Assembly (NCBI GenBank): GCA_964016885.1
Contig: OZ024741.1
Coordinates: forward strand, 99,944,001 to 100,008,000
Direction: 5' to 3'
Source of the DNA: Eledone cirrhosa
Lineage: Eukaryota
DNA: 64,000 bases
Shown: positions 1-13,267 of the stretch, piece after piece
Layout of the letters: the number at the start of each line of letters is the position of its first letter
How positions within the stretch are numbered: position 1 is the stretch's first letter
Position numbers and translations under genes: made by a program
The notes under the pieces: generated by a model
What the model was told of the DNA's origin: nothing
Seen by the model: the letters and a program-made list of their open reading frames with translations, nothing else
Database searches by the model: none

Positions 1-76
1 AGCAGTCGCTAAGATCAACACCTTTTAATCAAAGCAGATATTATTTTAACTACCCAGGCAACGATGAGTACTGCTG

Positions 77-160
<84 letters not shown>

Positions 161-171
161 TATTTTTTTTT

Positions 172-715
172 TCTTCTAACTTGAATTTTATACGTAATTG
201 TGTATGGTTTACGATATATTTAATCGATTTCCATGTGCTATTGAAATGCTGGGTAAATATTCTATAGATGTTGATCGCGAATAGATGGCTGTCGTTTATT
301 TATCTATTATTTCTTCATAGGCGCCTTTTAATCTTATAGCCTGGTTTAATTGTTTTTTTGTGTGGTTGATTATGCTGATTGGGAGAGGAAATAGTGTATA
401 TATCTTATCAAATGATTCTATGGACATAATTTATAGTATATTGCTCTGATTATTTAATTTATTAATTCATCATTGAGCCACATCGTGAATGGTTGCCAAT
501 AACATATATATCTATGACTTTGTCTAGTTTGTGTATACGTAAATCTTTATATTTGATAATCTCCCATAAGGTTGAGATGCAATTTAGGCAATATTAGGCT
601 GCGCTTTCTAGCAACCAGCCCACTCGCCGCAAGGCATCAATCACATTCTTTCTGACTTGACCACTGCCACGTCACAGTTCTTAGCCATTTTGAATTCGTT
701 TCTGGCGGGGATCAT
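172..715 (-). mobile_element. Putative PLE 5' UTR / ORF N-terminus fragment
   Basis: Diverged inverted homologue of 3055-3540 and 2620-2920 (TTAGCCATTTTGAATTCGTTTCTGGCGG vs CCGCCAGAAATGAATTCAAAATGGCTAA). 172-357 is duplicated at ~856-1045. It ends at (TA)n and lies next to an HHR. Confidence 0.45.
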
Positions 716-744
716 TTAAGAAAAATCTTCGTCCAAGTGAGTTT

Positions 745-827
745 GTTTCCTGATGATTTCGAAGCTTGGAAATTTATCCTTGATCGGATATTTCCAAAAG
801 GTGGATGAAACCCTAAAGCGTAGAAAC
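745..827 (+). ncRNA. Type I hammerhead ribozyme
   Basis: Stem I GTTTC/GAAAC; core CTGATGA (750-756); stem II containing TTGGAAAT(T)TATCC/GGATATTTCCAA; GAAA (807-810); stem III CCCT..AGCG with one mismatch; GUA cleavage triplet. Confidence 0.7.
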
Positions 828-2531
828 GTAATCCTGGTATGTGTATATGCATTTTTTCTTCTAACTTTAATTTTATACCTAATTGTGTATGGTTGACGAT
901 ATATTTAATCGATTTCCATGTGCTATTGAAATGCTGGGTAAATATTCTATAGCTGTTGATCGCGAATAGATGGCTGTCGTTTATTTATCTATTATTTCTT
1001 CATAGGTGCCTTTTAATCTTATAGCCTGGTTTAATTGTTTGTTTTTTTGCAATATATGCTTTGACCACTCCTTTTCTTTATTAATCGACCTTAAATATAA
1101 GTAAAGAATCTATTTAATGTATTGGTAGTTAAGATGCAATGTATCCGACAGCTGTATGTAGGGATCCTACGAGGTCGCTTTTCATTTTTTCTATTCCAGG
1201 GGCTTTTATATCTAACTTCTTAGATTATTTATCTTAGTCAAATGTTCATAGGCAATGTTCATAAATCGTTCAACGGTTCTAATATTATAATGTTTATTTA
1301 CCATTGTCGTCAATTGATACAGCTTAAAAAGAGGAAAGGAGAAGTAAGCCTCATTTTGGGGAAATTATACAAACTGTACAGGAGGTGTGAATTCGCGTCT
1401 TATCGCTGACGCTGCCCATTTTTGTCAGTTTCAAGAGGTTTATGCCCACCTTATCAGATTATTTTTCCTATTCAAAAACGTGTATTAAATCTGTTAAATC
1501 CAAGTTACCGGGATATTATCTCTCTCTCACAATCTCCCACTCTCCCTCTCCTCTCTCTTTCATTCTCTCTCATTGCTCTCTCTCTCTCTACACACACACA
1601 AATACATTGTATGTATATACTTGAATCGTGTGCAACCCAATTCAAATCGTCAGTAAGAATATCAAACATTAGAAATAAAATCTAATATTTGAGAAAATTC
1701 GAGTAAAGTATAGCTTAACTCCGAAAGGGATACTGATATGTGTGTATTGATTGCTGTTTAATAGGGAAAATTCGGTAGCACTTAAATCAAAGGGCTGCAA
1801 AAAGAGTAAGGCCTCGTTAAAGCAGTCAGTTCATTACATGATTGATCGCACGTACATCGGTACACCGCACGTTAAATTAGGCTTGGGAGATAGATAGATC
1901 TGTATGTTTTTTGTGTGTTTCTGCGATTATTTCTCTATGTGTCCGCGCGTATCTGTGTCAGGGCGTTTCCGTATGCTATCGACAACATATAAATATGTAG
2001 AACATGTTGCGTGATCGTGTTGTTGGCTTCTAAACCAATACACTCACATTATAAGCCTGGGGAATAGGGTTCTTAATAAACCAATGACAAAAATAATACT
2101 AAACGATAAATAATACTAAACGAATGGCCGAATGAACATATCTAACAATTACAGGGGGGTTAAGAATTCCTGATCTAGTGTTCCGTGGAAGGAGGCACCT
2201 CTAACTCTCGTCTTTACCAGAAGGTCTCTTGTACATACAATAGACGGATCAAAGAATGGTCTAAGCCATTTGAGGAATTGTCAGCTCACGATGCCAATCG
2301 TGATGCATCAACGATGCTCAATTTGTAACATTTCATTGACACCGGATAACATCTTGTTTTATCTCATGATATTACCAAAAGAATAGTGAAGGTATATGAG
2401 GGGTAGTTCAAACCTTTTTCTCATAAATGTTCTGCACATGCATTACTACTTAATTCCATCTAACATTTAATTTTTCTCAAAATTGCAGAATATGCGTCTG
2501 AGGAGCCCCGTTTGTAGAGGGCCTAAATCAG

Positions 2532-2598
<67 letters not shown>

Positions 2599-2619
2599 TA
2601 TATATATATATAATTATAT

Positions 2620-3540
2620 ATATATAAAATTATATATATATAAAATTGCAAGTTTGAGGAATTATTATATAAAATATATCCAGTCTTTCTTCACCCTAGT
2701 CCGTAGAAATCAACTAGATAAATAATCATTTAAACGGAGCTATAAGTCTAAAGTGTAACTTCGAAGAAATAATATATAAATGATACAGAGTGTCTTTCGC
2801 GAGGAACAGTCAGATAACATTTGTCCAGTCTTTCCTCTTAGCCCGTAGAAATTAACTAGACAAATAATCAATTAAACGGAGCTAAGTCTAAAATATAAGT
2901 TAGAAGAAAAAATGCATATAAACTTTACCAAAATTCCTCTAGACCTGACTATCGATAATTTCGCTCTTACTTTGTGGATATGTCCAATCTTGTATTATCC
3001 ATGATGCTTAGAGCTTATCAAGAGACTCCCTCAGTTTTGGACTAAAATTTCTACAGTGATCGCCGCCAGAAATGAATTCAAAATGGCTAAGAATTACAAC
3101 GTGGCTAGCGGTCAAAGTAGTAGGTTGTGAATGGTGGCCAGGTGGCAGATAGGCTGGCTGCTAGAAAGAGCAGTCAGATACTGCCTAATGTTTACTCTAC
3201 CGAACGGGAGTATATAATAAATTCATAGGGATATATGTATATATTTAGACATATATTTAGACATAGTCACAGATACATATATGAGTGTAGCCACCTTTCA
3301 CGGTGTGACACAATGAAACATTTTATTAAGCAATTAATCATTAATCAGAGCTATATATAAAATTGGAAGTTTGAAGATTTAGTAGATAAAATATATCCAG
3401 CCTTTCTTCACCCTAGTCCGTAGAAATCAACTAGATAAATAATCATTTAAACGTCGCTATAACTTTAAAATGTAACTTCGAAGAAATAATAGATAAATGA
3501 TACAGACTATTTTTCGAAAGGAACAGTCAGATAAAATTAC
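2620..3540 (+). mobile_element. Partially tandem PLE-like 5' region fragments
   Basis: 2635-2815 repeats at 3350-3540. Degenerate translation near 2975-3035 (VDMSNLVLS..ELIKRLPQF) resembles the PLE N-terminal NLS..LS....L.KGL.F motif. Flanked by (TA)n. Confidence 0.4.
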
Positions 3541-3591
3541 ATATATATATATATATAACAGTCAGATAAAATTACATATATATATATATAT

Positions 3592-3759
3592 GGGAGCCCC
3601 TACATGGACACACTAGAAGAGGAAGACCAAGGTTAACATATGTTGATGCCCTAAGGACAGACACTGGTCTGTTGGAGTTGCAGAATATGGCAGCGATAAT
3701 GAGGGACAGAGACCGCTGGAGAGAACTCGTCCATAGATCTCGGGAATTTTACCCGCCTT

Positions 3760-3760
<1 letters not shown>
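3592..3760 (+). mobile_element. RTE-clade LINE 3' end
   Basis: WEPLHGHTRRGRPRLTYVD...EFYPP-stop followed by (TA)n; same family as 9453 and 57642. Confidence 0.8.
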
Positions 3761-3817
<57 letters not shown>

Positions 3818-4649
3818 TTGTATAAGGAATATTGATAAACAGAACCAGTTTGATAATTTGCAATCCATATATATATGTATATATGTTAACAGATAATATA
3901 CACACACCCAGATTTATTCCAATATCCGAAGAGTTAAAAGTGTACAAAAAAATTCCAAACTGATTTTCGTTTACTGTTTAAGCTTAATAAATGTTAAATT
4001 GGAAAATTGATTATTTTATAGAAAACTGAAATTATCACATCGAAAGAGTATATATGAAACCGACCATAATTTAGAACTGCATAGTTTCTACCACTATTTC
4101 TTAACACATTCAAGTGACATTATGACATCTACACAGCAGGGAAACAAGAAGCCTCTAGAATGACCATTCTGATTCTGAAGATGAGTCAGGAATTTTTCGA
4201 ATCTTTAATACACATTCCTTCAAACTAAGCATATAAAACTAACAGTAAAATACGAAAAATCCTTAATAAATCTGATCAAATTGATTCGGAGCATATCCTT
4301 TTTTCAATATAACAGGCTTGAATGACATTCTATTCCATAATTACACACACACACTCTCCCCCACAATATATGTATATATACACACACATATTTAATTATC
4401 TGTGTGTGTACGTATGTGTGTGTATAAGTGTACGTATATGTAGATGTTTGTATATATATATATATAGGTATTTGCACAGGAAAAGGAAATAATTTATTAA
4501 ATGTCTAGTATGTATTATCAACGATTTTTTTCCTAATGACTAAATGAATAACATAATTAAAATTGTTGTGTGGTTATAAATATAAGATAAATACAATAGT
4601 TGCTATACTTCATATATTACATACACGAGACCTCAAAAATATATATCTG

Positions 4650-6890
4650 GTTTTCTCATCATTGCGCCTCATCGGCCACGGTGTGCCCAGTCATCCACGC
4701 AGAGAGCTTTGGCAGCTTCATCAGTGAAACTTTCCACAAGGTGTGATGGAGCAGGCTTTCGAAGCTGGGTTCGTTTGTCAAGGTGTAATAGATGAAGGAA
4801 GCGATTTAGGCGTTTGCCACCTTCACTCAACCTTTCATGTAGGGCCTCCTCTCAAATCATTTCTGTGTACTTGTGACCAGACTGCTCGTCACTTCGTCGT
4901 AGTTCATATTCACCTGGTCGTCCGGATCGAATCTGACCTTGAGCAGCTTGACCGGTTCGTCCGACCTGAATCCGATGACGCTATTGAACGTCATGGATTT
5001 GCTTCTCTAGGTGCCGAGATACGAACCTACGGATTTATCCAGGTTGATTTTTAGTCCCTTAAATGTTTCGTATTCTCCTATGAAGTTGCTAACCACCTCC
5101 ATTTTCGAAGTATTCGACACCGTCACGGTTATGTCGTCTGCATATGCCGGCACAATCCTTCCACGCCTCGATTCGAGCGGAACGCCCTGCAGCAACTCCA
5201 GCTTCCACAGTAATGATGATTGTGTCAGCACTAGTAGGGAATCGTCTCTTCTATTTAACGACCAACTACATCGCTAGTGACCTGAGGTCATTGAGCAGGA
5301 TTATATCTGTCCTCAGACATTGAAACTACATACTTCTGAAATCAACTTGTTGGCCGGAAAGATTTAAGAGGCAATTAGGAGCTACTCATCCTGCCGGTTC
5401 TAAATGAAATTTGATCGTTCTACCTCCATATCTGACTGGAGCACTTTTGAGAAGCCCTATGAAAGCCTACAAATGTCTTTCATGGAGGTTCCCACGTCGT
5501 AAGTGAAGCTCTGCCTAATACCTTCATATCTTGAAAGTTATGCATACCATTAGAAGCTTTTGTATCCTCTTGTAGTTGCTGGCACCAAAATCCCCCCCCC
5601 CCCTCTTAGTTTCTATTTTGTTGTATTGTGCTTTGAGAATAATTCATCCTTTTTTTAGTGCGTGTGTGGGTTTCTCACTATCACAAAGTTCGGTAACCGT
5701 TTGGCTGTTTGTTGTGTGTTTTCTTTTTATGTGTATTTGCTGTCGTGGCAATTTTGTTGGTGGTAATGGTGATAGCAGTGCTTGTGTTGATCATAGGGCA
5801 TGTGTTGATATATATGTGCCTGTAGTTGCAGGTTTACTGGCATGTGCTTTGGCGTGCATCAAGTCAGTTTTGTTTGGGAATATCATATTTTTTCTTCATC
5901 ATCTTCACTTCGAGGAGTCTGGAACATTAAACTCAGATGGAGATGGTAGTGTTTGTATCGATGACTGTGTGTGTATGTGCAAATATATATATATATATGT
6001 GTGTGTTTGTGTATGAGTGAGTGAATTTGTTTGGAAGAGAGATAGAATACGGTGGGACGGAGCATCCTGGTGTTGAGAACACCTAGGTAGATTTATTTAT
6101 TGCTATTTTTATACTGTTGACGTCGATGGTGATAATGCTACTCCTATTTTTATCTTTGGTGTTGCTGGTTTTCTGGGTGCTGGTCTGGCTTATGTTGTTG
6201 GTATTGTTAGAAATATTGCTGCAGGTGTTATTTTCTTTTACCGGAGTTGGTACTTCATTTGTAGTTGTAGGTCATTTGTGGTGTTTTTCTTTTGGTTGTT
6301 ATGGTGTTGTTCTTTTGGTTGTTCTTTTGGTTCTTCTGGTGTTTATAGCAGTGAGCTGTGTGTCTACTTTTCTTCTGTTGAGTGGAAAGATCTCTCAAGC
6401 GGTGTGTTTGACCGCATAATTGGCAGCGATGTTTTTTCTCTAAATCCGACACGAATTTTTACTCCCCACAATAAACGAATGGGGTCTGGAATCTTGTCAA
6501 TCTTGGAGCACCTTCCAATTGATCGCAGTCCTGTTTTCTCGCCTGATTCGTCTCACAACGAGGAGGGTGTCATAAACCTCTAGGACCAAGCAAGTCAAGC
6601 CCCACCAGACATCTTACTCAGGTGGTATTCCGGAAAACCTGACCTTCGGCGCACTTGGCGTTAAACACGTTGGATTACGGACGTATTAGTTAATTCGACA
6701 AGGGACCACAGATTACTTGACAGCCAAGGATTCACTTGACTTCTGCGATGTTTTGGCTTTTCATGATAACACAGAAACATATTCGTTGCCTTGAATTTCA
6801 TCAAAATGTTCGGTCGATATAAAATAGTATCTTTCGGAAAATGTTGATATCGCTCGTAGTATATCAATAGACAGATCTCGAGGTAACATC
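4650..6890 (-). mobile_element. Old degraded Tx1/L1-clade LINE (RT remnant 4650-5280; ORF1 remnant ~5640-6890)
   Basis: AYADDITV and KINLDKSVG motifs are homologous to the 16045-17877 ORF. Zinc-knuckle-like CQLCGQTHRL at ~6400. Confidence 0.65.
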
Positions 6891-7999
6891 AGCTATTTTA
6901 ATTTTAAGTTAAAACGTCATTTTAGAATGACTAAAAATATATACAATAAAACATTCATTAATTAATGGCCATGACATATTTAGATGCCTGCATTCTCCAT
7001 TTCTATCTCTCAATCCGCCTCTCTTATTTGCCCTCGCTCTCTCTCTCTCTCTCTATCAGAGAACATGTATTTACAATCATACAAAATCCATACACACAAA
7101 CACACACACGCGCGAACGCACCCCCTTACACGCTCACATAGACACACACACATATATATATATATGGGAATGTACGAAAGTGTGCCACAAAGAGAGATAA
7201 AGTGTTATATACAGAAAGTACTATTGATGTATCTATATATTTTTTGTGTTATTTTGTTTTCGTTCCTATTAATTAATTCTTCATGAAGCACACCGTTGAC
7301 GTGAATCACAACTTCTCATTGTGTAACTGTTTCTGGATTCACCATCAAAGTTGCTGACTCATGCAAGGAAAAGAATAAAGGTAGCAGATGGAAGAAATAG
7401 AAATATGTAGGGAAGGGGAAAAGAAAGAGAAGAAAAACATCAACGTCAGTGACAATCACAGCAAAATCAACATCAACAGTAATATACATTTTTTTTAATA
7501 TAAAATCCAAAATAGAAGAGAAAATAAAAGGAAAATAATGGCAACAACCACGAAAACTGAGAAACAATGCAAAGATTTCAGTAAATGAAAAAAAATAACA
7601 TTTTAGATGATCTACAAATATAATATAGACGAATGATTATTTTTGTGTTTTATGCATGTGTGTGTGCGTGCTAGGAATGGGGTTAATAAATGAAGTTTAT
7701 ATATCATGTGTATTTATGCATATTAGTATGTATGTGTGTAATTATGTATATATGTATGTATGTATGTCTGTATGTATGTATTTATGTTTATTCTCAATCT
7801 CTCCCTTTCTTTCTTTCCTTCTCTCTATATATCGATATATATTTATTTATTAATATACACATTCGCACCTGTATATCTATCTATCTATGTCTGCACACAC
7901 ACACACGCCCACCCACATACACACATATACATACTCACACACACACACACACAGACACACACACACATACACACACACACACATACACACACACACACA

Positions 8000-8040
<41 letters not shown>

Positions 8041-8490
8041 TTATATATATAAAATAGGGATGTGTATGAAGGCATATAGAATTATGTCTTATATACATAA
8101 ATGTGATCACTATTAATATATTGTATTTTGAGCGGCTACCCCAGTAACTGAAGAGTTTCAGAGGCCTGTTCTTGGATTTGTCAACCTTCTGTTTCATATA
8201 CAAAAGTTAATCTCCAGCTGATATCTGTTTGCGCACCAAATCTTTTAATTTATAAACATATTCTTGTCGACGTAACGATTATGTAAATGACACTAAAGTT
8301 GGATAAAATGCCAGAATCGTGGGCCTGACATTCTTATGCATTTACTGATCTCAAACATGATCACAGTTCATAATATTCAGAATGAGACGCTTGTATACTC
8401 ATTATGCATACATATCGAGTGTATGCCTTCATATATATATACATATGTATATGTTAGTGAATAAATTTTGACTAATGAAAACTAATCTAA

Positions 8491-8642
8491 ATAATTGTTT
8501 CTACATTTAGCACAAGGCCAGCAATTACCCAGTACATTACTGGTACTTTATTTTATCGACCAAAAGAAGGCAAAGTTAACCTCGCCGGGATTTGAACTCA
8601 GATCGTAAAGGGATGTAAGTCTTTGCGTCAAAGTATGGCGTC
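8491..8642 (-). mobile_element. tRNA-derived SINE (octopus-type)
   Basis: B-box GAGTTCAAATCCC plus shared core (TTTGCCTT..GGTCGATAAAATAAAGTACCAG) on the minus strand. Confidence 0.75.
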
Positions 8643-8832
8643 TAAATAATATGGGACGGAAGCTAGCTTAACGAAAATTTTAAAGTCAATTTTCTTTCCT
8701 TTAAACGGGATTCATATGCCCTAATATTTAGATTACTTTTCTATTGTCAAAACACTCGAGGAGGCTACTAAGTTTCTCATATAAATTTCAAATCGCGCAA
8801 ATCGTTTTGAAACATGTGTTCACTTATATATA

Positions 8833-8938
<106 letters not shown>

Positions 8939-8948
8939 CACAAACACC

Positions 8949-8979
<31 letters not shown>

Positions 8980-9452
8980 ATAGTTATATGTGGTGTGGGG
9001 GGAGATCATATTGTTATAATATTACCAGAAATATATAATAAAACATACTTGCTGTTTGGTTTCGGTTGGCTTTCGCTTCCGTATATTTTACATACCCATA
9101 ATTAATTTAGCTGGCAATCAGATTTTGATTGACCAACAGTTAAAAAAAAATTATATAAAGAGTCTCTCAGAGTTCTTTCGTCGCACACCTGTGATATCAT
9201 GAGTGATATAATTATATTTTCTCCCGTTGTATTGTAATATTTACTTCGTATTCTATTTAATATAGGTATGAATCGAAGTTATAGCTGCCATATAGCAGTT
9301 ACTAATCTTGTTTGAGTCAATCACATAGAGCGGTATGATATTACCGTCTAGCGTAGACATAAAAGTTAAAAGGTTTGACATCAATAAGAATAAAAATGAT
9401 CGAAGGCAGTGGCCATACATATACCACAACAACTACATATATAATTTCTATT

Positions 9453-9862
9453 CTAGGGCGGGTAAAATTCCCGAGATCCATGGACGAGTTCTGTCCAGTG
9501 GTCTCTGTCCCTCATTATCGCTGCCATGTCCTGCGTCTCCAACAGACCAGTTTCTGTCCTTAGGGCATCAGCATACGTTAAGCTTGGTCTTCCTCTTCCA
9601 GTGTGTCCATTTAGGGGCTCCCACAGGAGCACTGAGTGCAATGTCAACTCTGGATGTCGGTGAGCATGTCTAGCTAACCTCAGTCTCCTCTGTGTCACAT
9701 TTGAGCTGACTTTTGGGAGGCTCCTATACAGCTCTGAGTTTTTCATCCTCAGTGTATACTGATTAATGTTCAGAGCCATCCTCAGCATTCTCATGTAGCA
9801 CCCATCCACCATCTGAGTGAGTTTCTTGGTCAGTGTCCAAGTCTCAGACCTGTACAGCAGTA
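9453..9862 (-). mobile_element. RTE-clade LINE 3' fragment
   Basis: LLYRSETWTLT...DGCYMRMLRMALNI...RRLRLARH...GRP...EFYPP. Confidence 0.85.
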
Positions 9863-9997
9863 AAGAAGGTGTGGTAAGATACCAGGTGGACCATATCGTA
9901 CCAGAGTATCTATACTTAGGGTAGTAGGGTGGGTAATAAGAAATTAGTCAGGACCCTGGCGGCTGAGCTCCGGCCGTCGGGGTCCTGACTCCTTTCT
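9863..9997 (-). mobile_element. Short copy of the half-hammerhead fold-back family
   Basis: Same GGTGTGGTAAG..CCAGGTGGACCATA tail as 12482 and 36575; shorter hairpin AGTCAGGACCC...GGGTCCTGACT. Confidence 0.65.
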
Positions 9998-10129
9998 TAT
10001 ATATATGTATATATATGTTTGATTACTCATCCTAATTTCTGAAGGACTACACTCCGAAACGTAAAGGCTCTTACCACATCTAACGTAAAACTAATATTTT
10101 TGCTTGCTTTCTTATTTCTGTTTGTCTTT

Positions 10130-10169
<40 letters not shown>

Positions 10170-10188
10170 TATGTGTGTGTGTGTGTGA

Positions 10189-10254
<66 letters not shown>

Positions 10255-10789
10255 AAAATCATAAATAAGAGTGTGTGATAAATTCTGCTAAGAATTCCTC
10301 TTACAATTTCTTTCACACGATAGGGTTTTGATTATTTATTTGCATCTGTATATTATGTTATTTCCAGTTGTTTGTCGACAATTCAATTATTTTATATTGA
10401 ATTATTGGCATAAATATTTCTTAGTCACACATTTCATGCCACAATATGCTGACACAGTTCTAAATCTATTAAATAAACATTGACATATATGATGTATTGT
10501 GCACAGAATTTACAAGGATTTATCTAAAATAACAATTTCGTAAACTGTGTTTCGTATAATGTAAAACAATTTAATTACACTTCTCACAAAAATAGAACAT
10601 GCTATGGAGCATACAAATCCCTGAACAAACTAAGGTCATAGTACGTATTTTGGTTTGATTAGAAATAGTAATTCCAAAACATATTAAGTATCATCTACGT
10701 GTTAGGTTTCGGCCAGTATTTACTCAGGTCATTTCTAACTTAACACAACCAGCTGGTGGAGTCATTCAAGTCAGGATTTGAACACTATG

Positions 10790-11130
10790 GCACACTCAAG
10801 TAGAGAGGATTTGTTTTCGGAGACATACCACAGTGTAGAGTGTTTATCCGAAATTTCTTGGTGAAATTTATCCAGAGATGTTTTGCATTTTATGGCATCA
10901 GACAAGTTTTCTGGCAGAGATATACTATATCTTTTAATTGAGATATAGGATTTCTGTGGGTATCTAGTGTGTGAAACTGCGGTTACTGGAAATAAATTAA
11001 TTTAGAACTACATATTTAGCTTGCTTAACAATTAAATTTGCCTCTCGGTACACAAGCGTATTACGGTATTACGGTATTCTAGTGTGATCTTCCCTATAGT
11101 TAAATCTGAGCCTTTTTTAAGAGAGATTAA
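10790..11130 (-). mobile_element. Degraded CR1-like LINE 3' end
   Basis: Minus-strand translation SLPENLSDAIKCKTSLDKFHQEISDK...SSLLE resembles a CR1 ORF2 C-terminus. Confidence 0.35.
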
Positions 11131-11367
11131 TATTTGTATTTAAATATGTATATATATAAATATTCGCGCTAGGGTTTTATATATTTTGATATATATATTA
11201 TCCTTATCGAGCCCTCTTCGGATTTTAGTCGTCACATTTAATAATATTACTATATATATGTATATATATATATATATATAGCGAAGGAAAAGTGGTAAGG
11301 AACCAGGTGGACCATAACAGAATTAGCCGTCGAAACGGCTTGAGCTCAGCCGTCGGGGTCTTACTTA

Positions 11368-11410
<43 letters not shown>

Positions 11411-11413
<3 letters not shown>

Positions 11414-12346
11414 GTAATAATAATAAATTTGAAGACTAAAATCCAAAGAGGGCTCGATAAGGATAAATATATATCAAATATATAAGAACCGTAGAGCAAA
11501 AATTTATTAAAATAACAGATTAAAGTTTAAGCAAAGAATCGCTGCTTTCACCCTTAACGGGATCTTCTGAAACTAACAAAGTCAATATGTAAACGCAGAA
11601 GTGGATATTTAAAAAAAACTTTGCAACCGGAGGCAGACAGGAAGACGATACTTTGGTTCGTGGAAAAGTTCCCTGGCAAAGAACGGGAAAAAACGAATAT
11701 AATACGTCATTAATAGGAGCGGTGTGTGTATACACGCACACACACACACACATATGTATACGTGCGTGGTTTTGTATACCTATGGCGAGTGTTTTCGCGT
11801 ATACTTGTGTATGTACGTATTTGGATGCGTGTATGTATTTATTTAATTTCAATTACCTCTGTATTTTATTTACTTTATTCTTAACTCTGAAGCCGAGAAT
11901 CATTCGGTTTCCTAGTTAGAATTTTAGTCTACGACTTCAGCTATACCATTTACGTGGTTTTGTCTTTGGGTGCTATTGTTCTCCACGCTCCACATATGAC
12001 GTATTATCTTCGTTTTTTTCCGTTCATTGCCAGAGAACGTCTCTATGAACCACCTAAGAGAACATTAGTCTACGACTTCTTTTATACCATAAACGTGGCT
12101 CTGTCTTTGCGTGTAATTGTTTTTCCCCGCTCCTATTAATGACGTATTATATTCGTTTTTTCCCGTTCTTTGCCAGGGAACGTTTCCACGAACCAAAGTA
12201 TCGTCTTCCTGTCTTCCTCCGGTTGCAACGTTTTTTTAAATATCCACTTCTGCGTTTACAGATTGACTTTGTTAGTTTCAGAAGATCCCGTTAAGGGTGA
12301 AAGCAGCGATTCTTTGCTTAAACTTTAATCTGTTATTTTAATAAAT
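11411..12346. mobile_element. Fold-back element with ~220-bp inverted arms (11503-11722 / 12127-12346), one HHR per arm
   Basis: Near-identical inverted arms. A ~140-bp diverged tandem duplication lies in the spacer/right arm. The minus-strand tail 11502-11411 ends at (TA)n. Confidence 0.75.
12259..12332 (+). ncRNA. Type I hammerhead ribozyme, CAGAAGA core variant (mirror copy at 11516-11589, minus)
   Basis: AGTTT-CAGAAGA-TCCC GTTAA GGGT-GAAA-GCA GCGATTCTT TGC-TT-AAACT; distal stem I extension CAGATTG/TAATCTG. Confidence 0.65.
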
Positions 12347-12444
12347 ATATATATTTATATATATTTAATATACACACACACACACGCACAGACATATATA
12401 TATATGTATATATACATAATTATATATATATATATATATATATA

Positions 12445-12481
<37 letters not shown>

Positions 12482-12483
<2 letters not shown>

Positions 12484-12673
12484 CGAAGGAGGTGTGGTAA
12501 GGAACGAGGTGGACCATAACGCACCAGAGTACTCAATACTTAGATTAGTAGAGTGGGTAATAGGAAAGTATTTAACCCCGACGGCAGAGCCTAGGCCGTT
12601 TCGACGGCTATTTCAGTCCAGAAATAGCCGTCGAAACTGCTTCAGCTCTGCCGTCGGGGTTAAACATTTTCCT
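12482..12673 (-). mobile_element. ~190-bp half-hammerhead fold-back element in (TA)n
   Basis: ~110-bp palindrome plus ~80-bp unique tail; homologous to 36575-36760. Confidence 0.75.
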
Positions 12674-13267
12674 GTATTTACATATATATATATATAAATA
12701 TATTGATGAACATAAGATGTAAAAACGATATATCTACAGAAATTTGCATTCAGTTTCAAGCATTTTCTTCCTGTTACTCAATGTTACTCAACCTTATACA
12801 TGTTATATAATGCATATCTGCATGCGGTATTGTGTAAACATCCTGAGTAGACATTAACATAACACAATTTTATTCATTCATACAATAAATTTCAATATTA
12901 AACTGTGCTTTTGTTTCTCTCGACATGCAATCATGTGCATGTTACTAAACCCAATGTTAGTTTCATAGAAAAATAAATGTATAATGTGTAGCAGAGTCAT
13001 AGATTTACATGACACACGAGATAACATATTATCATATGTTTGCGTATATTTTGTATTTAATATCCGAAGATCTAATGTTGTGTACACACACACGCGCGCA
13101 CACACAAACATACACTCTCATGCACACTCACACGTACACATGTACTACCCAAACACGTACACACATACATGGCCATATAAATTCCCACTCACATACACCC
13201 ACCTCACACGTACATGCACATATATGTGCATATACATGTACGTATATATGTATGTATATATATATAT

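Noticed and set aside
45-82. Possible Helitron 3' end (TACCCAGGCAACG...CTAA before TA)
   Set aside because: The hairpin is poor, CTRR is not well supported, and the window edge truncates the context.
1395-1470. Minus-strand HHR-like motif CTGATAA...GAAA CTGAC..GTCAG
   Set aside because: G8 and the UH site are mutated and stem I does not pair; too degenerate to call.
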